Part shown: positions 56,530 to 64,000 of the stretch, in pieces
Position numbering within the stretch: position 1 is the stretch's first letter
How the letters are laid out: each line of letters starts with the position of its first letter
Source: Eledone cirrhosa
Lineage: Eukaryota
Assembly (NCBI GenBank): GCA_964016885.1
Contig: OZ024756.1
Coordinates: 39,804,001-39,868,000, forward strand
DNA: 64,000 bases
Direction: 5' to 3'
Position numbers and translations under genes: made by a program
Notes under the pieces: model-generated
Database searches by the model: none
What the model saw: the letters and a program-made list of their open reading frames with translations, nothing else
Told to the model about the DNA's origin: nothing

Positions 56530-56612
56530 TAGGGTGTTCCCGAAAAATGTATGCACACTTAAACAGCAGATAATTCAAAGTAAGTGTGTATACATTTTGG
56601 GGGAACACCCTG
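56530..56612. mobile_element. Tc1/mariner-type mini-MITE (~83 bp)
   Basis: ~30-bp TIR (C)AGGGTGTTCCC..AAAATGTAT.CACACTT in TA context. A second, more degraded copy lies at 61483-61561. Confidence 0.65.
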
Positions 56613-57846
56613 TATATATGTATATATATAAAACACTAGCTCAGTCAAGTTACAGACAAGGGTTCTTGTCAAGTGACCCTGTGATAAACAAGTGAAACTC
56701 CAGAGTAACAAAACTCACTTTTTAGGCCTTTATATAAATAAACATTAAAACTCTACTTCGGTATTGAGTACTCCTTTCTCTCAGCCGTCAACCACATACT
56801 GATATATATATATATATATATATTACAGAAAAACTCCTACAATTTTCTAGAAGGGCGTAAACACACGCATTATTGTCAGGCTATTCACAGTTATCTCCCC
56901 TCAACTGCTAATATAATTGATGCATATGTGTGTGTGTAAATGTATATATAATGATTTCTTTATTTGTATATATAATGAAAAGAAGTGTGAACGTTAGAAA
57001 ACGTTCTATACAGATCACGTTATATAAGGAAAAGGAGGTTGAAATGCGCCCCTGGCGTATATATATAGAGAGACAGAGTACCAATACTAATATATATATA
57101 TAGTTATGTAATAAACAACATAAGATAATTATTTCATTTACCAGTGGTTTCTTGAAAGCAAACAAATCTGCTTTCAGTCATCAGAATGAAAAAATCCTGG
57201 TGTTTTTATTGAATGTGGATTTTGAAAACAAAAATAAAAATATAACACACATATATATATATATATAAAGGATCTTTATAACATGTACAAAGATTGATGT
57301 TAGAAAAGCCTGCTTTCTCCATTTTGGATCACCAAAACATTTGTTATTAGATTAAATTGTTTTTTCGTTAAAACTCTTACATGCTGATTTTCGACCACAT
57401 TGGTTTGGGTCACTTCTGTCCTTGCTAAAGTAAGGGATACAACTCTTATCTCTCTGTCCTCCCAGCCTCTCTCCACCACCACCACCACCACAAGGATTTT
57501 GAAAGTGTCCAATGAAATCCCCCTTCCACTCATCCATGATTCCCTGTCTATAAAACAACCACAAACAACATTTATAGAATTGAAATGTTATATTTTTAAA
57601 AAAACATCTTTTTATCTTTTCTCCCTTAACAAAGAAACAAAAGGGAAAATTAAAAAACAAAGAAACGCAGAAAGGCAAAACTACTACTACTATTACTACT
57701 ACTACTACTACTACTATTACTGCTGCTGTTATAAAATAAAATACCAGTTAAGTAATGGTGTCGATATAGTCGACTTTCCTCCCCCTCCTTCAAAAGATTG
57801 CTGGCCTTGTGCTTTAATTAGAGATCGTTATCATTATTATTATTAT

Positions 57847-57878
<32 letters not shown>

Positions 57879-58828
57879 TCATCATCATCATCATCATCAT
57901 TAATAACCAGGGTGGTAGATTAGCAAAGTCAGTAGAGCATCAAATGAAATGCTTTGTGTTATTTATTCTGATTCTTTACAATCTGACTTCAAAATCTCCT
58001 GGAGGTCAACTTTTGCCTTTCACCCTTGTGGGAGGGGGGGAGGGGGTAAAATAAAATATCAGTAAAATCCTGGGGGTCATTTTAATCAACTTTCCCCCTT
58101 CTCACAAATTATTGGCCTTATGTTGTGCCAATGAAATAAACATTGTTTTTTGTCTTTTTTTTTTTTTTTTTTTCGATGATGCAGTTAATTTGTAGACCTC
58201 AATAAAAAATGTTGTTGTTACTGTTGTTGCTGATACACAGCTGTTCAAAAGTAATGTCATTACCACCACTGCTGCCATTGTTATTATTATTATTAAGAAT
58301 GGTGGATTGGCAGAATCAGTAGAGCAACAGATCTAAATCCTGCTGAGGTCAACTTTGCCTTTCATCCTTTAAAATGGGTCGATAAAATAAAGTACCAGTC
58401 ATATGCTGGGGAGGCACGGGGAATTTTCTACGCTATACAAACTTCCCTGCTGCCTACTACCAAAAAGATGTGGCTCTCTGCTTACATTAGAAATAATTAT
58501 TTTTATCATTATAACAGCAACAACAACAAAAATTCCATATTGATCACATCAACACATATTTGTGTTTGTGTGTATATGTATATATATATATACACATACA
58601 TACGCACTCATATATACACATACACACACAAGCACATTTCAAGACATACGTCAGATAAAAAGAGCTGTTGTCCTGCAACAATGAATCTCTTTATCTAGCT
58701 TCCAAGAACTTTTCTGAACTATTTTCATTATTATAAAATAAAGTACCAGTCACATACTGGGGTCGAGATAATAATCGACTTTTCCCTCCTCACAAATTGA
58801 TGGCCGTGTGCCGAAATTATCATTATCA

Positions 58829-58862
<34 letters not shown>

Positions 58863-59779
58863 TGCTGTTTTTGTTAATGTTTCTATTTTATCAATATGTT
58901 TTGTTATTTGTTTTATTTTAACCAACTCCCCCCTCCCACCTCAACCCCTTTCTACAACATCAAATTTGTTTCCCCTCCTCCCCCAACTGATCCACACCTT
59001 GTGAGAGGGTAATACAGTGATGTTGTTGTTTTTTCTCTTTCTCTCTCTCTCTCAACATGCTTTGCTGTATTATAAGTCTATGTAGGAAGTCTTACATAGA
59101 CCCTGTTATATTATGTGTATAGTAAAACTATTTTTTTCTGAACTCCATGTAAAATGTCTGACAATTGGACTTTTCTCTTTATGCTTTTCTCTGATTGTTG
59201 TTGTTGTTTTTCTATGTTTCTGTGTTATTTTTCTAAATGCTATAATGTTACAGTTGACACATCATCATCGTTGTCATTACCATTGTCATAGTCATCATAG
59301 TCATCATCATCACCATGAGAGCAGTGTCAGCAGAAATGGTACAGCTACTGGATCATTAAAATGTTTTTAAACTAGTTTCTTTCTTTGCTGTGATACACCA
59401 AAGTGAAATCACACCAGACTAGGTTTGATTTTTTACCTCACCTTTTATAACTGTTAGGATCATTAACTGTACTACATACCAGTTGTGTACTGAGGTTGAT
59501 TGCATTAACGAGATACATCCTCTTACAGAGTTTAGGGGTTTGTACCATCTTTATTACCATAAAACTATATGACAATAGCAGTAGAATGCTGGACAAAGTG
59601 ACTATGGACTATTCAGTTATGGCCGTTTATGTTCTGAGGTCAAATTTGCCGTTCATTATTCTAGGGATCTATAAAATAAAATACCAATCAAGTAGTGATG
59701 TCGAATTAATTAATTTTCTTTCCCTCGCAACTTGTTGGTCTGCCTAAATTCAAAACTTTTATTACTCTTCTTATATTAA

Positions 59780-59998
59780 CCCTTTAACATTTACATTATT
59801 CTATATTTATTATTATATTTTCATGGTAAAGGCTTTACCTTACGTAATTATCTCACATAATATCGAATCTGAGATTTTGATATTATTTATTTAGAGAACA
59901 ATACCTGAACGTTGGTATGAGTAGCTGGTTACAGCCGGTTTGACCATAAAGAGGTGAGAGAATTCTGGCCAGATACAGCCGGTTTAAATGCTAAAGGG
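59780..59998 (+). mobile_element. piggyBac-type MITE
   Basis: TTAA TSD with CCCTT...AAGGG termini. Confidence 0.82.
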
Positions 59999-61344
59999 TT
60001 AAACCAAAGAAATGGTTGAAGCAGTAAAATACTTGGTGCTTATTTAGAGTATGTTAACATTGTATATTCATTCGCCAACAAAAGATAAAAACAAAACTGC
60101 GACCCACCTCAGGAACATACATATGCACCAGGTGAGGCAGAAGAAATTCACCATCAAAGAAATAATAATAATGATTTCTTTATTGGCCACTAGGGCCCAC
60201 AGATAGGGGACAATACAACAAGACAGGGGCAGTAGGGGGTTATAAATAATAATATTTTTCATTCATTATTGTCATCAGAGCCCTTATTATATTTAGTAAA
60301 ATGTCATACATGGAAGGTTACAAAAAAATGTGGTGATGAACAGAGTGGTATATATATATATATATATATACATAAAGGCATGGTAAAAAGTTGATATAAA
60401 TTAATTACAGATTAAATAGATGTAAAGTGTTTGATTAGAAATATGAAAACCATTTAAGGTAATCAACCTCTACATCGTAAAGAACCCATTAGCTATATAT
60501 TTTTATGCTCCAACCTGACTACATCAGGTATCTTCTCGACTTCCAACCAATTTGCTCCTGAAAGCATATATATATATATAGGAGGTAAATATATGGTTGT
60601 ATCATACACACACACAGATATATACAAAAAGTTACCAAATGAGAAATTGCCAGTAAGAATATTTCAGCTCAATGTTTATCTCTTTACAGATAGAAATGTG
60701 GGGAAAGATTTTCTAAGAGTAGAAGAAAAGGTGACATATTTAACATTGAGTTTATAAAACAAATTAAAATGTCACAAAAGTTCTTTAGTATTTAATTCTT
60801 TATAGTTATTTCAACACCAATCTCTCTCTCTCTGTATATATATATATAGTTAAGGGACCGTTCTTCCCTACTATCCTGGCATATATCATTGTGATGAAGT
60901 GAAGGTGGCAGTCTGTATAATTATATATGTACAAACACAGTAAAAATTAAAAGAATCGAAATAAAAACAAGAGTCTTGGCAGAGGCGAAATAATTTTATT
61001 ATATTTAAGGGAAGTAACTAAAGATATTTATTTTTTATTCCTTTAGAATTATCTCCCTTGTCTGTGTGCAGATTGGCAATTAATAGTCGCCATTGTTGGG
61101 TTGTTGGTAATGGTTATGAGAAAGATAGTCATATATATATTACTACTTAAGAAAATATGTTATTGGTGTATATTGTATTTATTCTGAAGACGTTAAAAAC
61201 TTTAATTTAGAATAATTTCATTATTAATATTATTAGCTACCGAAGTATTACTTAACAAGATTTCCTTCTGTATTGAATGGCAGTCGGGTATTTTAAGGAG
61301 TTGTGCGACTTGTATAGAAACTATTTTGATGGGTGTTGAAATAT

Positions 61345-61388
61345 ATGGCGAAAGTTCGTGAAATGCGGTTCCCTGGTCCAGTTGTGAG
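61345..61388 (+). CDS. Candidate first coding exon of a second, unidentified gene (MAKVREMRFPGPVV-R)
   Basis: ATGGCG start in a locally CpG-containing non-repetitive patch, ending in GAG|gttagt. Its phase 2 end is compatible with 63192-63282. Confidence 0.35.
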
Positions 61389-61576
61389 GTTAGTACTCCT
61401 CGTGCGTACTGACCGGTCTGTTACAATACGTAGAACTCTTGCCAGTAGGTAAACAATGATTGTAAATGCACACACATATATATAGGGAGTCCCCCCCAAA
61501 AAAATGTATACACTTCAACAGCATTCTAATCAGTGTGTATATATTATTTGGGGACAACATGTATATATATATAGTT

Positions 61577-61797
61577 GTGGAGGCGCGTGGCTGAGTGGTT
61601 AGAGAACTGGATTCACAATCGTGAAGTTGTGAGTTCGATTCCCGAACCGAGCGATGCGTTATGTCCTTGAGCAAGACACTTTATTTCACGTTGCTCCTTC
61701 TACCTGGAGTTACGACCGATAGATAGTATTTGCAATTAGAAAGACCAATGGAAACATTGTTTCCTCGGTCCGATTTGACGAAAGTCGATCGACTGTC
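61577..61797 (+). mobile_element. tRNA-derived SINE (21191 subfamily)
   Basis: High similarity to 21191-21412. Confidence 0.8.
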
Positions 61798-61878
61798 GAT
61801 GTATAATTAATTTAATACATATATGTAAATCTATTGGACAAGCACAAATATATATAATTGATATTTTAATATCTTAAA

Positions 61879-61918
<40 letters not shown>

Positions 61919-62549
61919 AGCCAGGTGGTGCTATTAAGTTAGACATGGCCTGGACCAATATTGGCCAAAACCTATCAAAGTTATATATATATATATATAT
62001 ATACACGTATATAGTTGCACCGGACGTAGCTTTACCGGGTTCGAAAAAATAATACCATTAAAATACTGGGGTCCATTTAATTGACTTTCCCCTTCCCCAA
62101 AATTTCTTGACGTTGTGCCTAAATCAGAAGATTGGAAGTATCGGTAGAGGGTCGGACGCCATGCTTTGACGCATAGAGTTACGGCCCTTGCCGTTCAAAT
62201 CACGCCGAGGTTAACTTTGCCTTTCATCCTTACGGGGTCGATAAAATAAAGTACTAGTAATACACTGGGTAATTGATAGCCTTGTGCCAAAAGTAGAAAC
62301 AATTATTAAAGATATGAAGGTCTGCACGAGGTACCGGACGTTTCGTGCATTAGTACTCTTATTAAGACTGGTCCAGTTTGAATAAGTTTCCTTTGGGGTG
62401 ATTTAATTTTCTAGAATGTTCCGTAAATCTTACTTTAAAGAGTAAACATTTTGTGAAAATATCTCGATAATTACTGAACTAGTTAAATATCTTAAGGGAC
62501 CTTTCAGTGTTTCCTTTCCTATGTCTTGCATAATATCTGTTTCACTTTG

Positions 62550-62676
62550 ATCCGGGTACGTTCTTCTGTGTTAGGAAATAACCGGAAACCGCGTTGATAC
62601 CGGAAGTTGTTTTTTTAATCTCAAAACAAATTATTGCCGTGTGCGTGGGCGGGGGAATTGAGTACTATTATCTGTA
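62550..62676 (+). promoter_or_regulatory. Candidate housekeeping-type promoter/TSS region (ETS sites, GC box)
   Basis: ACCGGAAA at 62581, ACCGGAAGT at 62599, GGGCGG at 62647, local CpG enrichment and a possible donor AG|gttagt at ~62669. Confidence 0.4.
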
Positions 62677-63191
62677 TTGGACCATTAGGTTAGTGTCAAC
62701 TTTGCCTTTTATCTTTAAGGGTGGATAAAATAAGCCCCAGTCAGGGACAGGTGTCTGTGTAATCGATTTTTTCATCCCCATAAATTATTGGTTTTGTGCT
62801 TAAATTAGAAATGATTTATATATTATATTATATAAGCCATGTCCCTTTACGTTCTGAGTTCAAATCGCGCCGAGGTCGGCTTTGCCTTTCATCCTTACGG
62901 AGTCGATAAAATAAAGTACCAGCATTGAGGTCAATTTAATCGACATTCCCCGCCTCCTTCAAATTGCTGGCCTTTTGCTTGAAGTAGAAATCATTATTTG
63001 ATGCTTTGCATCATACAATTTATCCTTCACTGGAAGAAATAATTTCAGTTTTTCTCCATTCCGAAACATCCACCGCCTACATTGTTAATTAGATCATATT
63101 GGTAATTGAAACTATCAACTATATCTAGAATGCTCTTATTGCTAACTCCTCTTGTGTATCAACTGCATATAATGTCTTCCATCTTTGCTAG

Positions 63192-63282
63192 GTTTGTTGT
63201 GTCACTCTGCCCTTTTTGGACACCCATAATTTACATTGAGTTACTGTATCTCTATACATATGGCTTGTACGTTGCTCAAAAG
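63192..63282 (+). CDS. Candidate exon of the second gene ((R)FVVSLCPFWTPIIYIELLYLYTYGLYVAQK)
   Basis: tcttccatctttgctag|G ... AAG|gtattt. Only the phase-2 frame is open. It could alternatively be a 5'UTR exon. Confidence 0.33.
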
Positions 63283-63570
63283 GTATTTATCTACACCTGT
63301 TTTGTTTGTTTATTTCGTTTGTTATTTTATCTTTTCATCTACAACAGACTATAGAACGTGTTTATCTCCAGGTATATATATATATATATATATACCTGGA
63401 GATAAACACGTTCTATATATAAATGCTATGAACAGTGGTTTACTTCCAAGAACTCTTCTAGTTGTCTCACTACAAAGAAACCATCAGTGTAATTCGTCTT
63501 AGCACAAGACTGAACTGCTTCTCATTTAAACTGACTGATTTTACTGATCTGTTATTTGATCCACAATTGC

Positions 63571-63615
<45 letters not shown>

Positions 63616-63724
63616 ATAATAATTGTTTCTGCTTTTGGCACAAGGCCAGCAAATACATTACTGGTACTTTATTTTATCGACCCTGTAAGGATGAAAGACA
63701 AAGTTAACCTTGGCGGGATTTGAA

Positions 63725-63927
63725 TAATAATGAATGTGAAGACTAAAATCCAAAGAGGGCTCGATAAGGATAAATATATATCAAATATATAAGAACCCTA
63801 GAGAAAATATCTATTAAAGAAGATCCCGTTAAGGGTGAAAGCAACGATTCTTTGCTTAAACTTTAATCTGTTATTTTTATATATATATATATATTAAAAT
63901 AACAGATTAAAGTTTAAGCAAAGAATA
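63725..63927. mobile_element. Rearranged pLTR fragment (50708 family) with a TA-centred palindrome
   Basis: A minus-strand tail joined to gaagatcccgttaagggtgaaagc, followed by attctttgcttaaactttaatctgttatttt-(TA)n-reverse complement. Confidence 0.55.
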
Positions 63928-64000
63928 TAATTCAAAATTCAGTAAGACCAAGGATTAACAACAATAATATTCATCTTTGGTCTTATTGGATTGAATTATA

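Overview
This is AT-rich, microsatellite-dense eukaryotic (animal) genomic DNA. The repeat repertoire (tRNA-head SINEs with RTE tails, Nin/Deu-like SINEs, very long (TA)n tracts) looks to me like an octopus/cephalopod genome, which is an inference. Nearly all long ORFs in the six-frame track are simple-repeat artefacts. One real spliced gene can be read on the + strand: a Rolling stone (Rost; FAR-17a/AIG1-related) multipass membrane protein. Its coding exons are 21709-21937, 50446-50574 and 52495-52970, plus a probable 30-nt in-frame microexon at 47096-47125 that begins with GTAAGT (a recursive-splice-site-like CAG|GTAAGT). Its first coding exon was not found. A possible second gene starts near 61.3-63.3 kb. 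The most striking non-gene signal is about 20 short inserts bracketed by (TA)n. Many are fold-back palindromes carrying minimal type I hammerhead ribozyme cores (CUGANGA...GAAA) and a shared ACTC...TTGAGTRC 3' motif, which fits several families of Penelope-like pseudo-LTR/retrozyme-like elements. Also present are piggyBac-type TTAA MITEs (one nested in its own TIR), a non-autonomous Helitron with a nearby empty-site paralog, Tc1/mariner MITEs, an RTE LINE fragment with a ~120-bp target-site duplication, and many minisatellites, one demonstrably born from a SINE segment. No CRISPR, rRNA or bona fide tRNA genes were found.
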